DNA of 64,000 bases from an uncultured virus (IMG/VR IMGVR_UViG_3300030202_003905). Taxonomy: Duplodnaviria; Heunggongvirae; Uroviricota; Caudoviricetes. The position numbers and the translations under genes were made by a program. The stretch lies in IMG/VR virus record IMGVR_UViG_3300030202_003905, one strand, 5' to 3'. The notes beneath the pieces are model-generated. The model was not told where the DNA came from and ran no database searches. It worked only from the letters and a program-made list of their open reading frames with translations. This document shows positions 28,797 through 37,692 of this stretch, one piece after another (within the stretch, counting starts at the first letter, position 1; each line of letters begins with the position of its first letter).

Positions 28797-29853
28797 ATCA
28801 GAAAATAGATTAAAGTTAAATGAAGTTATGCCAGAATTAGCTGGTGAGGTATCTTCTTTTTTTGAAAACATCGAACAAACAAAAAAAATAGAAGAAACTA
28901 TTTTTGTTATGGTACCGAGTTATAGGGATAAAGACCTTGATAATACGTTAACGGATTTATATCAAAAAGCAACTAACCCCGAACTACTAACTGTTTGTGT
29001 TTTTGATCAGTCTGAGCATGACGGCTATGTAAATTTCGATAAAACTAATATGCATTATATACATACAAACTATCGTAATGCAAAAGGTATTAGTCATGCA
29101 AGAAATATAATTCAAAATTTTTATAATAATGAAACGTATTTTTTATCTATAGATTCTCATATGCGTTTTATTTCTGATTGGGATACGACTCTTAAACGAA
29201 TGTATAAACAATTGAAAGAGCAAGGACTTAATCCCATTATAACAAACTACGCTTGTGAATTAGTATATGGTGATGAAATGGACTTATACCCTGAAGAAGT
29301 TAAAAACACATACACACAATTAGAAGAACCCCGACCCGGTGGTTTTAGTGGTTCATGGATCAAATCACAACCTGGTTGTGTAGACGTTGAAAAATATACC
29401 GTTTATGACGGTAAACGTTCAAGAAAAACTATTGGTGAAACAGAAAATGAATTTATGTTTTCACCTTGGTGTTCATTACATTTTATGTTTACCGAAGGCA
29501 TGTATAACAAACGAATTAGGTTTGACCCTGATCATTATTTCTCGGGGGATGAATATAATATGACTTTAAGAACTTTTACACATGGGTATGATTTATTAAG
29601 CCCTTATGAACCTGTTATGTATCATCATTACAGAAAGGATTCTTTTAAAAATACTCCTGCAAATTATATTGTTGATAATAAACAATGGGCGGATTTGGAT
29701 GAAAAAGGAATTATTAAAAATAAAAACTTAATGACAGGCGAAGCTGCTTTGAGTTGCCCTTCATATGGAATTGGGTCTGAAAGAAGTATAGGAGATTTCT
29801 TAAAATACATGAAAGAAAAAACACAGAAAAGTCTTTCAGTTGACTTAGATTGA
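28789..29853 (+). CDS. Skp1 GlcNAc-transferase-like glycosyltransferase (GT60-like)
   Basis: IFVMVPSYRD, AKGISHAR, LSIDSHMRF..DWD, FSGDE, RTFTHGYD and YGIGSERS. Confidence 0.75.
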   Translation: MSKSENRLKLNEVMPELAGEVSSFFENIEQTKKIEETIFVMVPSYRDKDLDNTLTDLYQKATNPELLTVCVFDQSEHDGYVNFDKTNMHYIHTNYRNAKGISHARNIIQNFYNNETYFLSIDSHMRFISDWDTTLKRMYKQLKEQGLNPIITNYACELVYGDEMDLYPEEVKNTYTQLEEPRPGGFSGSWIKSQPGCVDVEKYTVYDGKRSRKTIGETENEFMFSPWCSLHFMFTEGMYNKRIRFDPDHYFSGDEYNMTLRTFTHGYDLLSPYEPVMYHHYRKDSFKNTPANYIVDNKQWADLDEKGIIKNKNLMTGEAALSCPSYGIGSERSIGDFLKYMKEKTQKSLSVDLD

Positions 29854-29872
29854 GCGTATATAAAATATTGAT

Positions 29873-30235
29873 ATGAATCTTAAGATTTTTGTTGATCAAG
29901 TCGGACGAACCGTTATTGGTGAGTTAGTGGATGATGGGGATACAACCGTTGTACTTAAAAACCCATGTACCATCTTCGTACAACCGAACGAATCGGGGCA
30001 GTTACAGGTACAAACCGTACCAATGTTTTTTAGAGAATTTCTTACCGAGGCTGGTAGGGAAGAAGGCACAACTTGGACATTCAATAAGGGCAATATTATT
30101 GATAGTGACTGTGCCGAACATCTGGACGATAAGTTAGTTAACCAATATACAGCCATTCTTACTAACTTAGGGCAACCGGACGCATCTGGAGACGATGCTG
30201 AAGAGCCTGAAGTAGTAAAATTGTTTGACGATTAA
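29873..30235 (+). CDS. Conserved T4-like small protein (Sm-like fold candidate)
   Basis: TVIGEL...VLKNPC...LVNQY with acidic VVKLFDD tail. Confidence 0.55.
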   Translation: MNLKIFVDQVGRTVIGELVDDGDTTVVLKNPCTIFVQPNESGQLQVQTVPMFFREFLTEAGREEGTTWTFNKGNIIDSDCAEHLDDKLVNQYTAILTNLGQPDASGDDAEEPEVVKLFDD

Positions 30236-30256
30236 CAAAAAAACCATATATTGGTG

Positions 30257-30282
30257 AGCGCCCTTAGGGGCGCTTTTTTTTT
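30257..30282 (+). terminator. Intrinsic terminator
   Basis: AGCGCCC-TTAG-GGGCGCT followed by a T tract. Confidence 0.85.
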
Positions 30283-30283
30283 C

Positions 30284-30311
30284 TTGAATTTAAAGGTTTT
30301 ATCTATATAAT
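30284..30311 (+). promoter_or_regulatory. Sigma70-like promoter of uvsX (TTGAAT-N16-TATAAT-N6-ATG)
   Basis: Read directly, immediately after the terminator. Confidence 0.75.
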
Positions 30312-30317
30312 AAGCGC

Positions 30318-31403
30318 ATGGCAAAAGACCCTATTTCAGATGTATTTTCAACTTTAGATAAACTCAACCCAGAAGCCACCTATCTTAGTGAAAATGCTTT
30401 ATCTAATGTTGATACCTGGTATGATACTGGTTGTTATGCATTGAATGCTATTATTGGTGGTAGTTGTGTTGGTGGTGGTGTACCAAAAGGAAGATTGGTT
30501 GGTTTTTCAGGACCTTCACAATCTGGTAAAACATACATTATTAATAAGATTTTAGGTAATGCTCAAAAAGAAGGGCTACATCCTGTTATATTTGATACCG
30601 AATTTGCTGTAGATAAAGATAGTAGTGAAGGGGTTGGCCTTGATGCATCAAAAACAAAATATGTCCCTGTATATACTGTTGAGCAATGCCGAAATCAAGT
30701 TGTTGCTTTACTAGACAGTATTGTTGAAAAGGGGTTACAAGGTAAATTTATTATTAGTATTGATTCTTTAGGTAATTTAGCATCACAAAAAGAAGTAGAA
30801 GATGCAGCAAAAGATAAAAGTGCAATGGATATGGGTCTGAGAGCTAAACAACTCAAATCTATGATGAGAATACTTACATACAAAGCCGGTCTATCTGGTA
30901 CTACAATTTTGTTTAGTAATCATACATATGAAAACCCAGGTGCATTACACCCTACTTTAGTTAAAACAGCTTCAGGTGGGAGCGGCCCACAGTATATGGC
31001 TAGTGTACTAGTGCAATTGGCTAATAAAAAAGAAAGACAAGATGCATCTAACGAAGATGATGAAATGTTATCAGAAGCTCGTAATTACTCTGGTGCAACA
31101 TTACGGTTTTTAACCACTAAAAATCGGTTTGTTCCGCCATTTTTACAAGCTGAAATATATCTTAACTTCCGTACTGGTTTAGATAGGTACAGTGGCTTAA
31201 AAGACATGGCTGTTAATCATGGGATATTAACGCAGACCGGTAGTACATTTCAAATAGGTATGGAGAGTAAGGACGAAAAATTCAAACCAGGAGACAAGAT
31301 CGGATACTATAAAAATTGGAAAAAAGATAAAGAACTTTGGGAAAATTTTATTATTCCTGAGTTGGATAAGAAGTTGAAATTGGTGTATAGTTACGGTAAA
31401 TAA
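30318..31403 (+). CDS. uvsX: RecA-like recombinase UvsX
   Basis: DTGCYALN, GPSQSGKT, FDTE, IDSLGNL, DMGLRAK and SGGSG. Confidence 0.93.
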   Translation: MAKDPISDVFSTLDKLNPEATYLSENALSNVDTWYDTGCYALNAIIGGSCVGGGVPKGRLVGFSGPSQSGKTYIINKILGNAQKEGLHPVIFDTEFAVDKDSSEGVGLDASKTKYVPVYTVEQCRNQVVALLDSIVEKGLQGKFIISIDSLGNLASQKEVEDAAKDKSAMDMGLRAKQLKSMMRILTYKAGLSGTTILFSNHTYENPGALHPTLVKTASGGSGPQYMASVLVQLANKKERQDASNEDDEMLSEARNYSGATLRFLTTKNRFVPPFLQAEIYLNFRTGLDRYSGLKDMAVNHGILTQTGSTFQIGMESKDEKFKPGDKIGYYKNWKKDKELWENFIIPELDKKLKLVYSYGK

Positions 31404-31407
31404 GGAT

Positions 31408-33012
31408 ATGGCAAATATTGCTATCTACGGTTCGCATAACGGTGCAATTGCTTTAGAAGACAATGATGAATATTACGTTATTGAATTTGAACGATTTTTT
31501 AATATTAAAAATATTGGTCTGGCTCAATACAAACCATTAAAATTTAGAGAAGAAGCCGTTTATGCTATTTTACAATATCTGGAAAAGGAATTAGGTTACC
31601 CAACACCCTTTGATAACTTACTTCATATTAATACTGAATGTGTACATGACGATATAACATACAGTTATAAAAATTTTATTGATGCTAATACGGTACTTGA
31701 AGGTTGGCACCACCACGCACATGCAAGTGGGTCCTTTTATCAATCTAATTTTGAAAAAGCTTTAATTTTTAGTTTTGATGGTGGTGGTAATGATGGGTTC
31801 TTTAATATATTTACTGCTAATCGGGAAGACGGTGTAACATATTTAGATAAAACAAATCCAGCTGATCGAACAGACTATGATTACGATTTTGGATTTCCAT
31901 ATATGTGTTTTGCGCACTTTTGTCCTGATATTAGACAGGAATGGATATCAGATGGTAATTTAGTTTATAGTGGTAAAATTATGGGGTTGTGTAACTACGG
32001 GAACATAAACAAAGAATGGTTACCACACTTTAAAAAGTTTTATTATTCTAAACCTGATGGAGAAGATTTTTATAAAAAGTTAAAACAATATATTACTGAT
32101 ACATGTGGGTTGGTATTTGATGAAAATAAAAGACTTGAAAAAGAAATTAGCTGGGACGTAGCAGCTACTTCTCAAGCTGCATTTGAAGAATGTTTTTTTG
32201 AAGTAGTAGACCCTTATTTGAAAAAATACCAAGACCTACCTATCATTATAACTGGTGGTTGTGGTCTTAATATATTGTTAGCCTCCAAAATAAAAACGCT
32301 ATTTCCAGAAAGACCAAGTTTCGTTGCACCAAATACAAATGATTGTGGTATTGCTTTGGGTTTGTTAGCTGGGTTTAAAAAACCTAAAAAACCTATTGAT
32401 ATCACTTACGGTGGTATGGAGCTTTTAGATAAAAACACATACCCTGCTTGGATAGAAAGCAATTCTGCCAAACCTGTCAATCTTGGTCATATTGCTACAG
32501 AATTAGCAAACGGTAAAATCTTTGGATGTGCTAGAGGAAGGTCCGAACACGGGCCAAGAGCACTTGGTAATAGATCAATTTTTTGTAATCCTGCTTTTCC
32601 TGAAATGAAAGACATTCTCAACTTTAAAGTAAAAAACAGAGAGTGGTACAGACCGTTTGCACCAGTATGCAAATTAGAAGACGTTTCTAAATATTTTGAA
32701 TGGGAAGGGGAAAGTCGTCATATGCTTTATTGTCCTACAGTAAAGAAAGAATGGAAAGAAAAATTATCATCTATTACACATATTGACGGTACAGCAAGAG
32801 TACAAACAGTGACAAGAGAACAAAATCAGTTCTTATATGATCTTTTAACCGCTTTTGAAGATGCAGCTGGTCATGGTGTGTTATTGAACACATCTTTTAA
32901 CATTGCTGGTAAACCAATTTTGAATACTATATCCGATGCAATGAAAGTCTTAGAGGGTACACAAATGGATTACCTAATAATTGAAGACTTTTATTATGGT
33001 AAGCATTGGTAA
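31408..33012 (+). CDS. Carbamoyltransferase (NodU/CmcH/TobZ family)
   Basis: HHHAHA, DGGG, GKIMGL, GGCGLN, NDCG, GRSEHGPRALGNRS, REWYRPFAP, HIDGTARVQTV and LLNTSFN. Confidence 0.93.
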   Translation: MANIAIYGSHNGAIALEDNDEYYVIEFERFFNIKNIGLAQYKPLKFREEAVYAILQYLEKELGYPTPFDNLLHINTECVHDDITYSYKNFIDANTVLEGWHHHAHASGSFYQSNFEKALIFSFDGGGNDGFFNIFTANREDGVTYLDKTNPADRTDYDYDFGFPYMCFAHFCPDIRQEWISDGNLVYSGKIMGLCNYGNINKEWLPHFKKFYYSKPDGEDFYKKLKQYITDTCGLVFDENKRLEKEISWDVAATSQAAFEECFFEVVDPYLKKYQDLPIIITGGCGLNILLASKIKTLFPERPSFVAPNTNDCGIALGLLAGFKKPKKPIDITYGGMELLDKNTYPAWIESNSAKPVNLGHIATELANGKIFGCARGRSEHGPRALGNRSIFCNPAFPEMKDILNFKVKNREWYRPFAPVCKLEDVSKYFEWEGESRHMLYCPTVKKEWKEKLSSITHIDGTARVQTVTREQNQFLYDLLTAFEDAAGHGVLLNTSFNIAGKPILNTISDAMKVLEGTQMDYLIIEDFYYGKHW

Positions 33013-33030
33013 GTAATATATACTCATTTT

Positions 33031-33822
33031 ATGGATAAAAAAGCTGTAATGATTTTTAGTGGTGGTATGGACAGTGCTGCCATGCTAAGAATGGCTCAAT
33101 TTCAATCGGGTGAGCTACACTGTTTAACTTTTGATTATGGTCAAAGGCATATACGCGAACTTGAATGTGCAAAGACACAAATCGAACATGCAAAGTTGGT
33201 TAGCTTTAGTCATAATTTTGAAGATTGTGAAGTAATACACAAAGTGTTAGACGTTTCATTTTTAAAAGAGTTACTTACTACAAGTTCACTTACTAATACA
33301 GACATTGATAATCCTGATGTTAAAGATATGGTAGGGGAAGCACAACCGGTAAGTTATGTGCCATTTAGAAATCAATTGTTTTTGACAATAGCATGTGCAT
33401 ATGCAGAATCAATTGGTGCTGAAACTGTTTATCATGGTGCAACTCAAGTTGATAGTTTAGCTGGTTATTGGGATGGTAGTGCAGAATTTCAGGAACACTT
33501 TCAAACGTTAATAGGGCTAAATAGAACACACCAAATTACTCTTAATTGCCCGTTACTTAGTATGAGTAAACAAGCTATTGTAGAGTTTTGTGTTGGTAGT
33601 AGGGTTGATCTAAAATATACATACACTTGTTATAGTGGTGATGAACTTTCTGATGCAACCACACCAAGCAGTTCATTACGAATTAAAGGGTTTGCAGATG
33701 CAGGTTATATTGACCCAATTGAATATAAACAAGATTTAACCAAATATTGGGAAGACAATAAATGTAAACCGTTTCCTATTAATGAGGTATTTTCTGATAG
33801 ATTTGGAACCAGAGGTCCTTAA
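33031..33822 (+). CDS. queC: QueC-family 7-cyano-7-deazaguanine synthase, atypical (Zn-ligand Cys lost)
   Basis: SGGMDS, FDYGQRH..E, SSLT, YVPFRN, PLL.MSK and TCY; C-terminal CxxCxxC replaced by DxxTxxS. Confidence 0.88.
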   Translation: MDKKAVMIFSGGMDSAAMLRMAQFQSGELHCLTFDYGQRHIRELECAKTQIEHAKLVSFSHNFEDCEVIHKVLDVSFLKELLTTSSLTNTDIDNPDVKDMVGEAQPVSYVPFRNQLFLTIACAYAESIGAETVYHGATQVDSLAGYWDGSAEFQEHFQTLIGLNRTHQITLNCPLLSMSKQAIVEFCVGSRVDLKYTYTCYSGDELSDATTPSSSLRIKGFADAGYIDPIEYKQDLTKYWEDNKCKPFPINEVFSDRFGTRGP

Positions 33823-34580
33823 TGCATATATTTGATAAGGATAAAATATCAAAAATAGGGTACACTGATGATACAGCGTTTTCATCGCATAGAATCTACT
33901 TAGAATATGTAGTAGATTTTCTGTATAAGAAAAACGGTAACAAACAACTTAGTATTTTAGAGTGCGGTACAGGTAACGGTAGTAGTGATTACTTTAGTAA
34001 AATTTCAAAAGAGGGAAAAGCTAAAATTTGGGGTATAGAATATCATAATGTTCCACCTGAAAACTGGTATGAACAAATGAAAGAAAAATATGCAAACGAA
34101 AACTACAAAATTACTCATGAGCAACAGGGTATATGGGTTTTTGGTTCAGAATATTTTCATAAGTTGGACGATCACTACGATATAATTTTTATAGATACAA
34201 GTGGGTACGAAAACAGAGCAAACTGGGTAAAATTTGCAGCAAACGATACCAGTAAAGTAGTAATTCTTCACGATAGCGAACACTTTCATAGATTTAAACC
34301 CTGGTTATTAGAATGGGTAACAAAGAATTTTAAATTTGTTTATGATTCATGGCCTATACAGGAACCCGGGACGTTGTTTGCTAGTAATATTAATTTACAG
34401 TGTAATTTAAAATATGAAGGAAGGCACGACGATTTACCTGACAGAACAGAACAGCCAGAAATGGATCCCGAAGTTCATGGATTCCCAAAACAATGTCATA
34501 ATGAGATCTCAAAGGAGGAACAGATGAAGAGATATGAAGACTCTCTCAAAGAAGATGATTGGGGTCACCAACCTTGCTAA
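33822..34580 (+). CDS. Class I SAM-dependent methyltransferase-like protein
   Basis: ILECGTGNGS, YDIIFID and VILHD. Confidence 0.65.
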   Translation: MHIFDKDKISKIGYTDDTAFSSHRIYLEYVVDFLYKKNGNKQLSILECGTGNGSSDYFSKISKEGKAKIWGIEYHNVPPENWYEQMKEKYANENYKITHEQQGIWVFGSEYFHKLDDHYDIIFIDTSGYENRANWVKFAANDTSKVVILHDSEHFHRFKPWLLEWVTKNFKFVYDSWPIQEPGTLFASNINLQCNLKYEGRHDDLPDRTEQPEMDPEVHGFPKQCHNEISKEEQMKRYEDSLKEDDWGHQPC

Positions 34581-34763
34581 TTAGTATAAAATAGGTAAAC
34601 AGAGTGCTACAGTAAAATAACTTTGTAATTCTGCATCAGCTAATAAGTTTGCAACCCCCATATCCTGATTAGGAAAAGGAAAATTTCCACTGCCTGATAA
34701 TTTAGTAGAACTCGTACCGGTGAAGCGGGTATCTAAATATTGATAACCTAATTCTACTTCCAT
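34581..34763 (-). CDS. Small hypothetical protein
   Basis: ATG 1 nt after the upstream stop; fills the gap between genes. Confidence 0.45.
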   Translation of the reverse strand: MEVELGYQYLDTRFTGTSSTKLSGSGNFPFPNQDMGVANLLADAELQSYFTVALCLPILY

Positions 34764-34764
34764 T

Positions 34765-35319
34765 TTAATAATCTTCTAATTCTTCGGACTCTTTATCAGT
34801 AGCAGTAAAATCTTGATACGCTTCGATTTCTCCTAACTTATCGGGATCTACATCATCTACAGGGGCTTCCTCTTCACCAAAAACTTCATCTAATAAACCC
34901 AACAGAATCATATCTTTTAAGATTTTTTCTGCCTCTTTTTGATCTTCTATTTTTGAAGCAAAGTCAACAATTTCTTTTGCTGTGGTTGGCCTAACTTCTA
35001 CAAAACCAACTATATCTTTTTGTAACCCTTTTAACGGGGTTTCATAAGCTGCGTCTGCTACCTTAAATTTTCGCTTACCTAAAGCAACTTTTTCTTTTTC
35101 CACCGGCTTTTTAAATCTAGTAGATCTGCTTCTTGCTCCCCCACCACCACGAATACCCTTAATTCTCATCATCATCTCATAATATGATTCTTTTCTTTCT
35201 TCTCCTGTCTCAGGGTCGGCAACAACTTTTCTTACTCTATCTTCAAACTGTTTTTTTCTTCCTTCTGTTAAAGACTCTTGGTAAGATTCGTAAAGAAACT
35301 GGGTATCTTTATCTTTCAT
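34765..35319 (-). CDS. Hypothetical protein, possible internal head protein
   Basis: MKDKDTQFLYESYQESLTE N-terminus; TAAATA 7 nt upstream. Confidence 0.65.
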   Translation of the reverse strand: MKDKDTQFLYESYQESLTEGRKKQFEDRVRKVVADPETGEERKESYYEMMMRIKGIRGGGGARSRSTRFKKPVEKEKVALGKRKFKVADAAYETPLKGLQKDIVGFVEVRPTTAKEIVDFASKIEDQKEAEKILKDMILLGLLDEVFGEEEAPVDDVDPDKLGEIEAYQDFTATDKESEELEDY

Positions 35320-35356
35320 ATTGAAATATTTATTAGATACTTTATAATATAAACAA

Positions 35357-35998
35357 ATGTGTGCAATATTTGGTACTTCAGATAGACAACAATTTATAAC
35401 GTTGTATGAACTTAATAAAGATAGGGGTGGTTATGCATCTACTTTTTGTGGTATAAAAGATGGTAAGTTACATGTTTTTAAAAATAAACTATTTGATTTA
35501 GATAATGTATACTTAGAGGATTGGGATTATTATTTGGGTCATCATCAAGCTCCTACTGGTAAAGTACGGAAATATAGTGAAAAGACTTCTCATCCATTTA
35601 ACTATGGAAGGTGGCATGTAGCTCATAATGGTGTTTTAACCAATTATAGAGATATAACAGAATCAAGTGATACCAAAGACATAGATACATCATATATTCC
35701 AGCGTTTATGGAAGAATTAGATTATTTACCGGTAAAATGGGATGATAAACAAATATTAGAAGAAACATTTAGTGCATTTAAAGGAACCCATACATGTTGG
35801 ATTTGGGACGATAAAAATAGTATTGTATATTTAACTAAAAATGGTAGTACTTTATTTTCAAATGGTACAACATTTTCATCAGTTCAATATGATGGTGGTA
35901 AACCGTTATTAGATGGATATGTATATATGATGCATGAAGGCTCAGCATTTTTAGAGTATGTAAAATTCGAAGACAGCAACCCGTTTGCAGTTTTATAA
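35357..35998 (+). CDS. Class II (Ntn) glutamine amidotransferase domain, stand-alone
   Basis: Catalytic Cys2 (MCAIFG), RG, HHQAPT, HPF, VAHNGVL and DIDT; promoter TTGAAA-N16-TATAAT-N8-ATG. Confidence 0.85.
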   Translation: MCAIFGTSDRQQFITLYELNKDRGGYASTFCGIKDGKLHVFKNKLFDLDNVYLEDWDYYLGHHQAPTGKVRKYSEKTSHPFNYGRWHVAHNGVLTNYRDITESSDTKDIDTSYIPAFMEELDYLPVKWDDKQILEETFSAFKGTHTCWIWDDKNSIVYLTKNGSTLFSNGTTFSSVQYDGGKPLLDGYVYMMHEGSAFLEYVKFEDSNPFAVL

Positions 35999-36002
35999 AA
36001 CT

Positions 36003-36581
36003 ATGCAAGATTTATTAGATTATAAAGAGACTTTAGATCCAAGTAACCGTGCTATCTATGACTTATTTGAAAAATATAAACCCGATTCTGGTATATTTGT
36101 AGAAACCGGTTGTCATTTAGGGGGTGGGTTAACTAAAGCAGTACATGTTGGTTTTACTAAACTGTATTCATGTGATATAAATTTAGAAAGGGTAGAACAT
36201 TCAATTGAGTTAATGTCAGAAATGGCCATGTATGGTTCAATAATTGACCCTTGTATTTTTAACTCCGAGTCTATTGTTTTTCTAATGAACGTTTTACCAC
36301 TTATACAAGATGATCAAGTTATGTTTTGGCTCGATGCTCATGATGAGGGTGGTGGGGTACCTGTTCTACAAGAACTTGATTTAATAAAAGCAATATGTAA
36401 AAATAAAAATAGCCCCATCTTAATTGATGACGTGCCTCTTTATCTAGAAGAAGAGGGGGTTGATTATCTTAAAAAAACAATTTTAGAAATAAATGAAAAC
36501 TACGAATTTGAACAAATTAAAACTAACGATGGTGGTAATTATGTTATTGCTGCTAGCGTAGTTGAAAAAGAGGAAAAGTAG
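36003..36581 (+). CDS. SAM-dependent methyltransferase-like protein
   Basis: FVETGCHLGGG, FWLDAH, P..QEL..I and ILIDD. Confidence 0.65.
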   Translation: MQDLLDYKETLDPSNRAIYDLFEKYKPDSGIFVETGCHLGGGLTKAVHVGFTKLYSCDINLERVEHSIELMSEMAMYGSIIDPCIFNSESIVFLMNVLPLIQDDQVMFWLDAHDEGGGVPVLQELDLIKAICKNKNSPILIDDVPLYLEEEGVDYLKKTILEINENYEFEQIKTNDGGNYVIAASVVEKEEK

Positions 36582-36594
36582 TTATAATACTGAT

Positions 36595-37677
36595 ATGAAG
36601 ACAGCTTTAGTATGTGGTGCAGGTGGTTTTATTGGTAACCATCTTGTTAGTAGGCTTAAAAAAGAAGGTTATTGGGTACGTGGTGTGGATCTAAAGCACC
36701 CAGATTACGAAGAATCACAAGCCGATGAATTTATAACAGGTGATTTAACAGAAAAAGATATAGTTGAAAGGTGCATTAGAACTGGAAGCTATTACGGTAC
36801 TGTACCAAAACAATATCAAGGACAATTTGATGAAATATATCAATTAGCTGCTGATATGGGTGGAGCCGGTTATATTTTTACCGGTGAACATGATGCAAAC
36901 GTTATGAGAAATTCAGCAACTATTAATTTACATATCTTAGATGCAATAAACCGGTTAAACCAATTTGTTAAAACCCCTTGGTATAACGATTCTCGAGTTT
37001 TACCATATGATGAGGTTACAACTAAGATTTTTTATAGCAGTTCTGCATGTATGTACCCTGAACATAATCAATTAGATCCTGATAATCCTAATTGTGAAGA
37101 AAGTTCAGCATATCCTGCTGCACCTGATAGTGAGTATGGTTGGGAAAAGTTATTTTCCGAAAGGCTATACCTTGCATATCAACGAAATTATAACATTCCA
37201 TGTGCTATTGCTAGATTTCATAACATATACGGTCCAAAAGGTACTTGGAAAGGTGGTAGAGAAAAAGCTCCAGCTGCTATTTGCAGAAAAGTAGTGTTAG
37301 CCAAAGAAGGTGAAGATATCGAAATATGGGGTGACGGTACACAAACACGGTCTTTTCTATATATAGATGAATGTATAAATGGTATAAGAAAATTAATGGA
37401 GTCAGACTGGTCAGGTCCAGTAAATCTAGGATCAGACGAAATGGTTACCATTAATGCATTAGTAGAAACTGCAGAAACCGTCGCCGGTAAAAAACTGGGT
37501 AGAAAATATGTTGAAGGACCACTAGGAGTAAGAGGTAGGAATAGTGATAACAAACTTATACAAGAAAAGCTCGATTGGTCACCTCACTACCCCCTTATTA
37601 AAGGTATACAACAGACGTACGATTGGATTTGGGATCAAATCAACCAAGAATCGATCGTTGATCATTCAAGTATATAA
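36595..37677 (+). CDS. NAD-dependent epimerase, GDP-mannose 3,5-epimerase-like
   Basis: GAGGFIG, QLAADMGGAGYI, YSSSACMYP, YGWEKL and GGREKAPAAICRK; start moved to ATG 36595. Confidence 0.9.
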   Translation: MKTALVCGAGGFIGNHLVSRLKKEGYWVRGVDLKHPDYEESQADEFITGDLTEKDIVERCIRTGSYYGTVPKQYQGQFDEIYQLAADMGGAGYIFTGEHDANVMRNSATINLHILDAINRLNQFVKTPWYNDSRVLPYDEVTTKIFYSSSACMYPEHNQLDPDNPNCEESSAYPAAPDSEYGWEKLFSERLYLAYQRNYNIPCAIARFHNIYGPKGTWKGGREKAPAAICRKVVLAKEGEDIEIWGDGTQTRSFLYIDECINGIRKLMESDWSGPVNLGSDEMVTINALVETAETVAGKKLGRKYVEGPLGVRGRNSDNKLIQEKLDWSPHYPLIKGIQQTYDWIWDQINQESIVDHSSI

Positions 37678-37692
37678 TCTATACTAGTTTAT

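Noticed and set aside
33031..33822. Qat or type IV CBASS defence system built around QueC
   Set aside because: No neighbouring TatD, KAP ATPase, CD-NTase or TGT-like gene is present in the window.
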